A stretch of 64,000 nt of DNA from Methanobacteriota archaeon. Lineage in GTDB: Archaea > Thermoplasmatota > Poseidoniia > Poseidoniales > Thalassarchaeaceae. The position numbers and the translations under genes are program-made. Below the pieces are notes generated by a model. That model saw only the letters and a list, made by a program, of their open reading frames with translations, searched no databases and was not told the DNA's origin. This document shows positions 19,156-27,119 of the stretch, piece by piece. Where the stretch lies: positions 42,881 through 106,880 of the forward strand of contig PBMR01000009.1 in NCBI GenBank assembly GCA_002722735.1. Direction: 5' to 3'. Numbering within the stretch: the first letter of the stretch is position 1; every line of letters begins with the position of its first letter.

Positions 19156-22125
19156 ATGAGCGGAACCATGAGGGACGAGGAACCAAGCCATGGGGGGGAT
19201 CGGAATTCTGGCCCTGACTCGCCTTTCGCTAGTGGGTTCGAACGAATCAGCTATGTGGGAAACCGTATCAAAACTCTGGACGGTGCCAGTGCTGAGAGGG
19301 CGATTATCCGTGCCCCCAACCTTCTGAGGAGGAAGATGAGGGATGCTAGTGCGACCTCAATCATCACAATGGCCCCTGTTGTCGCAGTCATCCTCTCTTT
19401 GGGCTTCACTATCCTATTGCTCCCCCACTCAGGCGTCAACGACTGCAGAGAGGGGTATGACTTCGATTGGTGCAGCGCAGAGCCCGCTTTGAACGTGAAT
19501 GGGGATCTGGAGGTCTACCTGCCCAATGACGAAAACCCCGAGAGCGTGAAGAATCTTATTGCCGAGGTTGAATTGGACTGGACTACCAATGTCATGGTAA
19601 TCTATGTCGAATCCGAGGATTTCAATATCACACAAACTAGCATCTTGGATCAGATAGACAAGGTCGAGAGGGAGCTCAACCCCGTCATGAATGACGGCGG
19701 CTACGAGGACAACGTCATCTACGTCCTCTCGATCTCCACTGTGATCAAGGAGGTCAACTCTAGTGGTGGAAGGGTCATCAAGGCCTTCGTTTCCGGTTTG
19801 GCCGATTCTTTCGACTTAGACTCTGACGAGATTAATGAGACGATAGACGCCCAAAGCGATATTATTGGCAATTATGCAATTCCTGACGAGCAAGAGCGAG
19901 TTGACCAAATCCTCCAGGAGATGCCTCAGAACGCACTGGACAAGCTAGTTCGTGATGTCGGACGAGACCTTGATGGTGATGGGATAAAGGAGGCTGAACG
20001 CGCCTTTTTCTGGAACCGAGGCGTGATTATCATCGGAATATCTGATGACATTAGTGGCAACCTGTCTATCGGTGACATAGTTGATGACACCCAGAGTCGC
20101 ATTGATCGCATCGCTGAAGATGAGGGATGGGCTAACATGAACCTCACCATGACTCTGACTGGACCCGCACCGTTAACCAACGCAGTCACCGAGGAGTCAT
20201 TCAAGCTGTTCTGGGAGGTTTTCCCCGTTGGCGTTGCTGCAGTGGCACTCGGGCTCTTCATCTTCCACTGTGATCTCCTGCAAACTGGGAGGATCAGGTT
20301 CGTTCAGGGGATTAAGGTAGTCATCATCTCCGGATTGCCAACTCTATGCGCTGTTTGGGTGACTCTTGGAATCATTGGCCTGACTGACTACGAGGTGACC
20401 ATGACCGTCATCCTCGTTGGCCCTATCATACTCGCTTTGGGTGTGTCATACGGGTTGCACATTACCAATCGTTATGCTGAGTCAAAGGGAACTCCCCAGG
20501 AGAAAATGTCCATCGCGCTCAATTCTACTGGCAGGGCAGTTTTCCTATCGGCCATGACCACCATCATTGGTTTCATTTCCCTAACCTTCGCTCCAATGAA
20601 ACCGATCCAGACTGTTGGTTGGGCCCTTGCAGGAGGAATTCTTGTTGTCTATATCATGACTATGGTTATGGTGCCCAACTTGACAATCCTCCTTGATTTG
20701 AAGAAGCCATCCCATCCACCTCCGAGGGTATTTGTCGCTGCTGTCAACATGCCCATCAAGTGGTCAAAGGTCACAATAGTCATATTCCTGTCTTTCATGC
20801 TTCTCTCAGCTGGTTACAATAGGAACAATGTCGAAGAGAACATCGATTTGCTCAAGATGGCCCCCAATGATGTTGCTGCCGTACAGAAGATGGCCGTTTA
20901 CTCTGAGGAGTTCGAAGCCGGCCAACCTGGCTTCCTACTTGTTGATGCCGACATTAAGGCCAATCCTGAGATAAACCTGGCGGGATTCACAGCTGAGCAT
21001 CCCTACGCCAATCTCGAGGGCATAGAGAAGCTTGAAGGGAACTGCAATAACGTCGAAAATGCTACTGCTGTCTCCATCGTTTTCCTCATGAAGGCTATAG
21101 CTGTGGGCGTCAATGTCTCAGGGACGCCCATCTCCGACATCATAGAGGACCAGCCTTTACCCGATCCAATCAAAGAGCTCGCAGACCTGATTTTCAATCG
21201 CGAGCAGTCTGGAAACGTATCCTTCTGGACTATACTTGACACCCTCGATGCACAAGAGGACGACGGTGGCAGACAGGTTCAGAACTTCCTCTTGTACGTA
21301 TTCTACAATAGCATGACCGATGAAATGAGGGAGTTGTTCATATCTCCCGACTACCAACGAACACTCATCTATATTGACATGCCCTTCATGGATGTCCAAT
21401 CTACCAAGAAGACTGCAAATGAGATCAATGCATGGGCTAAGGCAGCAGGCGACTCCTCCAATCCAATTGACGTTCTCGGCGACTCTTTGATTGGTGTTGC
21501 TTCGGTGACAATAGAGGTCAACAACCTGATTGTCGATTCCCAGTGGACTTCCCTCGCCTTTGCGCTTGGCTTTACCATACTCACCTTGGCTCTGGTATTC
21601 AGGGACATTCGCTATGCATTACTAACTACGATTCCGGTCGGGTTCACAGTGACAATGCAGTGGCTGGTAATGGATTCAGGGGGGGTCACTCTCTCACTGG
21701 TCACTGTGATGATCGGCTCCATTCTGGTTGGAGTCGGCATCGACTTCTCGATTCACATTGCCAATCGGGTGAAGGAGCTCGGCGGCACCATCGAGGCCAT
21801 ACGCACGTCATGTGCCAGTACTGGAATGAGTCTGTTCGAAGCCACGACTGTCACTGCCGCAGGGCTTACCTGTGCCTATGGGATTCCCATTGAGGCAATT
21901 ACGCCTTTCGTCACGGTAATCATCATCCTACTGATTATCGCGGCTCTCTCAGCATTGCTATTGCTGCCTGCTATATTTTCGTTCATGGTCAGCTCAAACC
22001 TCGGGCTGACTGGCGGTGTGGAGACTATGGTGAAGTCGGCGGGCCTCAGAAGGGCAATCGCCAGGGATGATGCTGACAGCATTGACGCTGCCCTCATTCA
22101 CGGACACACCAAAGATGCTTGGTAA
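19156..22125 (+). CDS. RND/MMPL family transporter
   Basis: Two TM bundles (ALGVSYGLHI, GVGIDFSIHI, SAMTTIIGF) with two large external loops; 989 aa. Confidence 0.9.
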   Translation: MSGTMRDEEPSHGGDRNSGPDSPFASGFERISYVGNRIKTLDGASAERAIIRAPNLLRRKMRDASATSIITMAPVVAVILSLGFTILLLPHSGVNDCREGYDFDWCSAEPALNVNGDLEVYLPNDENPESVKNLIAEVELDWTTNVMVIYVESEDFNITQTSILDQIDKVERELNPVMNDGGYEDNVIYVLSISTVIKEVNSSGGRVIKAFVSGLADSFDLDSDEINETIDAQSDIIGNYAIPDEQERVDQILQEMPQNALDKLVRDVGRDLDGDGIKEAERAFFWNRGVIIIGISDDISGNLSIGDIVDDTQSRIDRIAEDEGWANMNLTMTLTGPAPLTNAVTEESFKLFWEVFPVGVAAVALGLFIFHCDLLQTGRIRFVQGIKVVIISGLPTLCAVWVTLGIIGLTDYEVTMTVILVGPIILALGVSYGLHITNRYAESKGTPQEKMSIALNSTGRAVFLSAMTTIIGFISLTFAPMKPIQTVGWALAGGILVVYIMTMVMVPNLTILLDLKKPSHPPPRVFVAAVNMPIKWSKVTIVIFLSFMLLSAGYNRNNVEENIDLLKMAPNDVAAVQKMAVYSEEFEAGQPGFLLVDADIKANPEINLAGFTAEHPYANLEGIEKLEGNCNNVENATAVSIVFLMKAIAVGVNVSGTPISDIIEDQPLPDPIKELADLIFNREQSGNVSFWTILDTLDAQEDDGGRQVQNFLLYVFYNSMTDEMRELFISPDYQRTLIYIDMPFMDVQSTKKTANEINAWAKAAGDSSNPIDVLGDSLIGVASVTIEVNNLIVDSQWTSLAFALGFTILTLALVFRDIRYALLTTIPVGFTVTMQWLVMDSGGVTLSLVTVMIGSILVGVGIDFSIHIANRVKELGGTIEAIRTSCASTGMSLFEATTVTAAGLTCAYGIPIEAITPFVTVIIILLIIAALSALLLLPAIFSFMVSSNLGLTGGVETMVKSAGLRRAIARDDADSIDAALIHGHTKDAW

Positions 22126-22160
22126 CGCTAACTTGATTGCGGCAACATCTAGCGGGCATC

Positions 22161-22634
22161 ATGCCCAACTACTGGTTGATGAAGAGTGAGCCTCATGTGT
22201 ATCCATGGAGCCAATTGGTAAATGATGGATCGACGCACTGGGACGGAGTCAGAAACTACCAGGCAAGGAACATCATGAGGGACGACATGGTCGTCGGCGA
22301 CCTCGTTCTATTCTATCATTCAAACTGCAAACCACCACACGTTGTCGGCGTTGCCAGGGTCTGCAAAGGAGCATATCCAGATTTCACCGCTCAGGACCCA
22401 AACTCAAACTACTACGACCCCAAGGCGACATCGGATGACCCAAGGTGGATTATGGTTGACATAGAACCTGTCGTGGCGTTGCCCGAAATTGTCCCACTAC
22501 CCGATATGAGGGCCAGTACGAGCTTAGATGGGATGCCCCTGCTACAGCGATTCAGTAGATTGAGTGTTCAACCGGTGAATGAGGAACACTTCAAAATCGT
22601 CTGCGGCATGGGTGGCATGCCCCACCTTCCATGA
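22161..22634 (+). CDS. EVE domain protein
   Basis: YWLMKSEP, WDGVRNYQARN, GDLVLFYHSN and RLSVQPV motifs. Confidence 0.95.
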   Translation: MPNYWLMKSEPHVYPWSQLVNDGSTHWDGVRNYQARNIMRDDMVVGDLVLFYHSNCKPPHVVGVARVCKGAYPDFTAQDPNSNYYDPKATSDDPRWIMVDIEPVVALPEIVPLPDMRASTSLDGMPLLQRFSRLSVQPVNEEHFKIVCGMGGMPHLP

Positions 22635-22656
22635 AGGTGGGCGTGTCCTCGGTGGA

Positions 22657-22955
22657 CGCTCGTCACAGATGGGACTTGAGCACCGATCTCCTCCATCCCG
22701 CAATCCCAAGGCATCCAGCATCCCCGGTCGGGCTGCTCGCTTCCGCGCCTGACCTGGTTCCCGGGCGTAAGACGATCGCCGATTCCCTCCGGAATCGGAT
22801 TTCGCCAACCTGGATCTCTTGGGGGCGAGACATCGACGTCAACCGGTGTGGTTCCAATAGCTCGTCTGCGCCGCCCTCGGACTTCGGGTCACCATTATTG
22901 ACGATTTGTGAATTGCAGAGCACGTCAACTCCCCCCCTAGCCCGAGAAACGAGCG
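22657..22955 (-). ncRNA. ffs: archaeal signal recognition particle (7S) RNA
   Basis: On the minus strand, terminal CGCTCGT/ACGAGCG pairing forms helix 1. Alu-like GGGCTAGGGGGGGAGTTGACG..TGCAA..CGTCAA; helix 6 CCGATTCC-GGAG-GGAATCGG; helix 8 GGTCAGGCGC-GGAA-GCGAGCAGCC. About 300 nt. Confidence 0.93.
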
Positions 22956-22988
22956 GAGCGGTCACCTATGAATAATACCCAAGGAAAA

Positions 22989-23387
22989 TCAAGCTTCGTA
23001 CTTCGACGGACATCCAGTTTGAATCTCATGGGCTGAAAGGCTCCACGAACCAATGCTATCGGGATCCTGCTGAAATCCATCATCGCTGAAGTAACCCCTG
23101 ATGGAGACGATGATGCCTTCAGAAAACCCATCGGGGAGTGCTACAGAAGAGCAATCAACCAATACTGAATGTACAGTCCCCTCTAGTGAAAATTGACACT
23201 CGCTTATCTCAAAATCTGACACCGTGCCCCTGACGAAGATCTGACCCTGGTTGTAAATTTCTGGATCTTCCATAAGTTCGTCGACGGAATATTGGGTCTC
23301 AGGCCCAATGCTAATCATCGCCATTCCCAAAACTGCAACAAATAGTAAACCGACGACAAGAAGTCGGTTGAGACGACTGAGTGCCAT
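22989..23387 (-). CDS. ccmE: cytochrome c maturation heme chaperone CcmE (CxxxY variant)
   Basis: N-terminal TM helix, IFVRGTV, LPDGF.EG and C-terminal EIQTGCPSKY. Confidence 0.85.
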   Translation of the reverse strand: MALSRLNRLLVVGLLFVAVLGMAMISIGPETQYSVDELMEDPEIYNQGQIFVRGTVSDFEISECQFSLEGTVHSVLVDCSSVALPDGFSEGIIVSIRGYFSDDGFQQDPDSIGSWSLSAHEIQTGCPSKYEA

Positions 23388-23422
23388 GTTGGCTCCTGTA
23401 GCCTCCTCGCGATAAAGGATGA

Positions 23423-24421
23423 CTACCCAACTGCTGCCCAATGTCCATGTGAAGAGCCGAAATCATCCTGCTGCAACAACCAATCGCCGTCCATGACAGG
23501 CCCGTCTTTGCAGATAAGGCGGTCCCCCACCATGCACAATCCACACACGGCCATCGAACAAGGGAGATACCTCTCCATGGCCGCATAGCATTTTATCGCC
23601 GAATCCACGGCCATCTGTAGAACTGGCAACATCATGGGTTCGGGTCCGCAGGTGAGAAGTACTGTTCGCCCATCGTGATAATTGCCTAGCAACTCAGGGA
23701 GAAGAGCCGTTGGAAACCCTTGCGTTCCAAGGGACCCGTCATCTGTTGTAATGCGAAGGCTGTCACAGATTGATTCCATTCTTGAAACGTAATGGGACTC
23801 TTCGGCATTCCGAAATCCCATTATCGCTTCAATCCGAACATCGTCACCCAGCCGGTGCCTAGCTTCTCGGGCGGCCATATGCATGGGGGTCGAACCAATC
23901 CCGCCTGAAACCAGAACTAATCGTTCTCCGGCGTTCATTTGGGGGAAAGCAGTTCCGAATGGCCCCCTTATGGCCAACCAGTCTCCGACACTCAATCTTG
24001 TCAGTTCACCGCTCTGCCTACCCAGGTCCTTTATGGTGAATCCGAGAAAATCACGACCTTGACGCCCCGTTTCCGCTTCAACCAATTGATGGGCATGGCT
24101 GTGTCCGACTCTGATGTCTCCAACGCTGTATGGTTTCTCAGAGTGGAAGTGAGGACGACTCATCCCTCCTGTTGAGTCATATGGATTCCAGCACATGAAG
24201 TATTGGCCGGGCCGATATTGTGTTGCCATAGAATTAGGTACCTGCACCCAGAGGGTAGCTATCCCTTCAGCCTCGAATTGCACTTCGACCAGAGGGAGGG
24301 GGATCGGGGCGGAAATCAATTTCCGGGGTTCAAATGAGAGGGCCAGCCTGAGAGAGCAAGCGTCAGAAAGTCTAGACATGTCGAGTGGTAGTCGATTGTG
24401 GGGTGGGGCCCTCAAACTCAT
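23423..24421 (-). CDS. pyrK: dihydroorotate dehydrogenase electron transfer subunit
   Basis: RPGQYFM, KPYSV, IRGPFG, SGGIG and CGPEPMM, plus the 2Fe-2S motif CSMAVCGLC...ICKDGP. Confidence 0.9.
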   Translation of the reverse strand: MSLRAPPHNRLPLDMSRLSDACSLRLALSFEPRKLISAPIPLPLVEVQFEAEGIATLWVQVPNSMATQYRPGQYFMCWNPYDSTGGMSRPHFHSEKPYSVGDIRVGHSHAHQLVEAETGRQGRDFLGFTIKDLGRQSGELTRLSVGDWLAIRGPFGTAFPQMNAGERLVLVSGGIGSTPMHMAAREARHRLGDDVRIEAIMGFRNAEESHYVSRMESICDSLRITTDDGSLGTQGFPTALLPELLGNYHDGRTVLLTCGPEPMMLPVLQMAVDSAIKCYAAMERYLPCSMAVCGLCMVGDRLICKDGPVMDGDWLLQQDDFGSSHGHWAAVG

Positions 24422-25377
24422 GACAACCCTTCCAATGAATCCAGAGCGATGCCCTGCATCGATGAGATGTCCCGATAGCCGTTCAGATCCATGAATTCAG
24501 ACAACTCTACGGAGATTTCCTTGAATTTTTCCACATCCCCCCAGATCAAGGCACTACCAATCTGTACTGCGGATGCCCCAAGCATAACGAATCTGGCAAC
24601 ATCTAGTCCAGTGTTAATGCCCCCAATGCCTAGAATGGGTGCAGAGGGAATCTCCCCCCTCCTCATCGACAAGGCGATTTCGGCAACCTTCCGTTGTGCG
24701 ATTGGCCTGATTGCCGGACCAGATAATCCACACAGAAGATTTCCGATGACTGGCCTTCCAGCGTAGGGGTCGACTTCTATTGCGGAAACAGTGTTGATCA
24801 GGGATAATCCATCCGCACCTGCTTCAAGTGCTGCCTTGGCTTCGATTGTAATATCCGTTGTATTGGGTGTTAATTTCGCATATAGGGGGGCATCTACAGC
24901 ATCCCTTACAGCAGAGACGACATCATGGATCGATTTTGCCTGCTGGCCAATAATCAGTGCTCTGCTACCTGGTTTGGAATGGGGGCAGGAGAGATTCAGC
25001 TCAAACGCCGAAGCACCCGCATCGTCCAATTTTTTAGCGACTTCCACATATTCCTCAGCACAGCCTCCAAAGATCGATACCAACAGGGGTTTGGAAAAAT
25101 TCTCATTAGATAGAATTTCAGCAAAGACATCAGCTCCTGGATTGGGGAGCCCCATCGCGTTGAGGACGACGGAGTCCATGGCTTCGACACATACCGGCCC
25201 GGGATACATCTCCCTTGGAACAGGGCCGATGGATTTAGTCACCATTCCGCCGGCATCACTTGCGGCAACTCGCTGGAGCGCCCGAGCACTGCCTCCCTGC
25301 ACCCCAGATGCTAACATCAATGGGTTATGCATGACCAATCCCGGTAAACCTACAGAGAGGTCAGGCATGTGACTCAA
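24418..25377 (-). CDS. pyrD: dihydroorotate dehydrogenase class 1B catalytic subunit
   Basis: NPLMLASG, NAMGLPNPG, ELNLSCPH (catalytic Cys), KLTPN, INT and LSGPAIRP motifs. Confidence 0.92.
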   Translation of the reverse strand: MSHMPDLSVGLPGLVMHNPLMLASGVQGGSARALQRVAASDAGGMVTKSIGPVPREMYPGPVCVEAMDSVVLNAMGLPNPGADVFAEILSNENFSKPLLVSIFGGCAEEYVEVAKKLDDAGASAFELNLSCPHSKPGSRALIIGQQAKSIHDVVSAVRDAVDAPLYAKLTPNTTDITIEAKAALEAGADGLSLINTVSAIEVDPYAGRPVIGNLLCGLSGPAIRPIAQRKVAEIALSMRRGEIPSAPILGIGGINTGLDVARFVMLGASAVQIGSALIWGDVEKFKEISVELSEFMDLNGYRDISSMQGIALDSLEGLS

Positions 25378-25397
25378 CGCAGTGTGGTGGCATAGTG

Positions 25398-26501
25398 CTA
25401 AATGTGTTTGTACCCAACAGCTTCGCTAATTCCCGAGAATCCGGATTCTTTAGTCTTCTTGGCTAGCCCCCTGACTATGTTGGACACGATGGAGGGGCCA
25501 TTGAAAACCAAGGAGGAATACAATTGCAGAAGCGAAGCTCCCGAGGTGATGGCATTCCATGCTGTTTCACAGGATTCTATTCCCCCCACGCCGATGATCG
25601 GGACCTTGCCCTCGGTCTCTTGGAAGAGCATTTCGATGATTTCTATTGTCCTACCATGGAGGGGGCGACCTGATAGTCCACCATCGTGAGCAAGCGCTTT
25701 CCTAGATTGAGTGGAGAGGGGAATGGGCCTACTTACGGTGGTATTTGTTGCTACGAAGCCATCAATGCCCAAGCCCATGGCAACGCGTGCAGTATCCAAA
25801 GCCTCTTCATTTGGGGAATCAGGCGAGAGTTTCAAGAGGATGGGTTTCGATGCCTGCTTCCTCCTACCAATGCCAATGCATGACCGCAATACGCCTTCGA
25901 GCAAATCTTCTTCATGGAGATCCCTCAATCCAGGGGTGTTCGGCGATGAAATGTTCAAGACAAAGAGGTCTGCGTAATCCCAGAGGACGTCCAAAGTTGA
26001 TGAATAGTCATCAGCAACATGCTCATCATCCACCTTCATTGAACGGCCAATATTTGCTGCTACTGGTGATTTCGGCCATCTTTCAGCAACTTTACGAGCA
26101 ATCAACCGGTCCCTTACAACAGAGGCCCCAGGATTGTTTAGTCCCATGTTATTCACCAAAGCCCTGTCTTTGTTTGCTCTGAACATCCTTGGCTTGGGAT
26201 TCCCATCTTGCGGATAACGAGTTACTCCCCCATATTCGCTCCATGAGAATCCCAGTGCTGGCCAAGATAACAGGGCTTCAGCCCCCTTGTCAAAGCCTGC
26301 CGCGAGACCCAAAGGATGGTGGAAAAGCAAATCGAAGACTTCTATTGGGAGCTTGGGAGAGCGATAAAACTGGTTTAGGAGGAACTGTCCGGATGTCTTC
26401 TCACCAATGGATGATAGAAAGGAGATTGTATGAGAGTGAGCACGTTCTGGGTCAATCAGCTTTAGCGATGGATTAGCAAGCATTCTCCAAGCCAACCCCA
26501 T
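25398..26501 (-). CDS. pyrD: quinone-dependent dihydroorotate dehydrogenase (class 2)
   Basis: DPERAH, GLAAGFDK, PQDGNPKPRMFR, NISSPNTPGLR (catalytic Ser), KLSPD and GGLSGRP motifs. Confidence 0.93.
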   Translation of the reverse strand: MGLAWRMLANPSLKLIDPERAHSHTISFLSSIGEKTSGQFLLNQFYRSPKLPIEVFDLLFHHPLGLAAGFDKGAEALLSWPALGFSWSEYGGVTRYPQDGNPKPRMFRANKDRALVNNMGLNNPGASVVRDRLIARKVAERWPKSPVAANIGRSMKVDDEHVADDYSSTLDVLWDYADLFVLNISSPNTPGLRDLHEEDLLEGVLRSCIGIGRRKQASKPILLKLSPDSPNEEALDTARVAMGLGIDGFVATNTTVSRPIPLSTQSRKALAHDGGLSGRPLHGRTIEIIEMLFQETEGKVPIIGVGGIESCETAWNAITSGASLLQLYSSLVFNGPSIVSNIVRGLAKKTKESGFSGISEAVGYKHI

Positions 26502-26553
26502 CGACGAGGCTAAAGGCACATATTCTTCAATCGTTGCGCATGAATTGAGGAGT

Positions 26554-27006
26554 ATGGCCACAACAGCCGGAGAAATAGCCATTGCCGAACTGGCAAGGCT
26601 GATGCTCGAGCTATCCCCTGTGACGATTGTCCTAAATTCAGGGGAGCAACATGCCAGATGGGAGTCCGAGTTATTTTGGAATCATGCGAATTCTAGGATG
26701 TTGGAGATTAACGAAATTGCACCATCACTAGTCATTAATGTAGAGCCGCCACAATACATGGGAGGAACAGCACAGCACTTGGCTTTCTACAAGGATGCCA
26801 AGTTGATTGCCGTTGTTGGTGATTATATGCCAAAGTCTTTGGAGGTGATATGGATACCCGTCGAGTCAAAGAGATTCAGTGAGTTGCTTTATGCAAATCT
26901 ACTACAATTTGCCGAAGCAGGGTACCCTGGATGCGTAGGTTGTCTTGGCCCCGCGTTCGATAGAAATTGGAATGAGCGGGCTCATAGGGAATCGCTGCGG
27001 CCTTAG
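26554..27006 (+). CDS. hypothetical protein with C-terminal CxxC
   Basis: 150-aa ORF after the SD GAGGAG; ends ...AGYPGCVGCLGP.... Confidence 0.7.
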   Translation: MATTAGEIAIAELARLMLELSPVTIVLNSGEQHARWESELFWNHANSRMLEINEIAPSLVINVEPPQYMGGTAQHLAFYKDAKLIAVVGDYMPKSLEVIWIPVESKRFSELLYANLLQFAEAGYPGCVGCLGPAFDRNWNERAHRESLRP

Positions 27007-27014
27007 TTCGGCTT

Positions 27015-27041
27015 CACGCGCAGGCACGCACTCGCGCGCGT
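27015..27041. repeat. alternating pyrimidine-purine (CG/CA) tract, potential Z-DNA
   Basis: CACGCGCAGGCACGCACTCGCGCGCGT: 25 of 27 bases stay in one Y-R phase. Confidence 0.7.
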
Positions 27042-27065
27042 TGGATGTGTTTCTGGCTGCTCACG

Positions 27066-27073
27066 TTTATACA
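27066..27073 (+). promoter_or_regulatory. putative TATA box of topA
   Basis: TTTATACA about 47 nt before the ATG at 27120; SD-like AGGTG at 27108-27112. Confidence 0.55.
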
Positions 27074-27119
27074 TGGGCCGTATCGGCACCGTGAGACTAG
27101 AGAGTGTAGGTGTGGGAAT

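Noticed and set aside
22657..22955. Possible RNase P RNA
   Set aside because: It lacks the GAGGAAAGTCC and AACAGAA P4 motifs, and the SRP helices 6 and 8 fit instead.
22542..22975. ORFs 22542-22808, 22631-22975 and 22663-22965
   Set aside because: They overlap the SRP RNA and show no protein-like motifs.
22975..22986. 12-mer ATACCCAAGGAA also present near 60611
   Set aside because: A single 12-bp match within 64 kb is expected by chance, and the contexts are unrelated.
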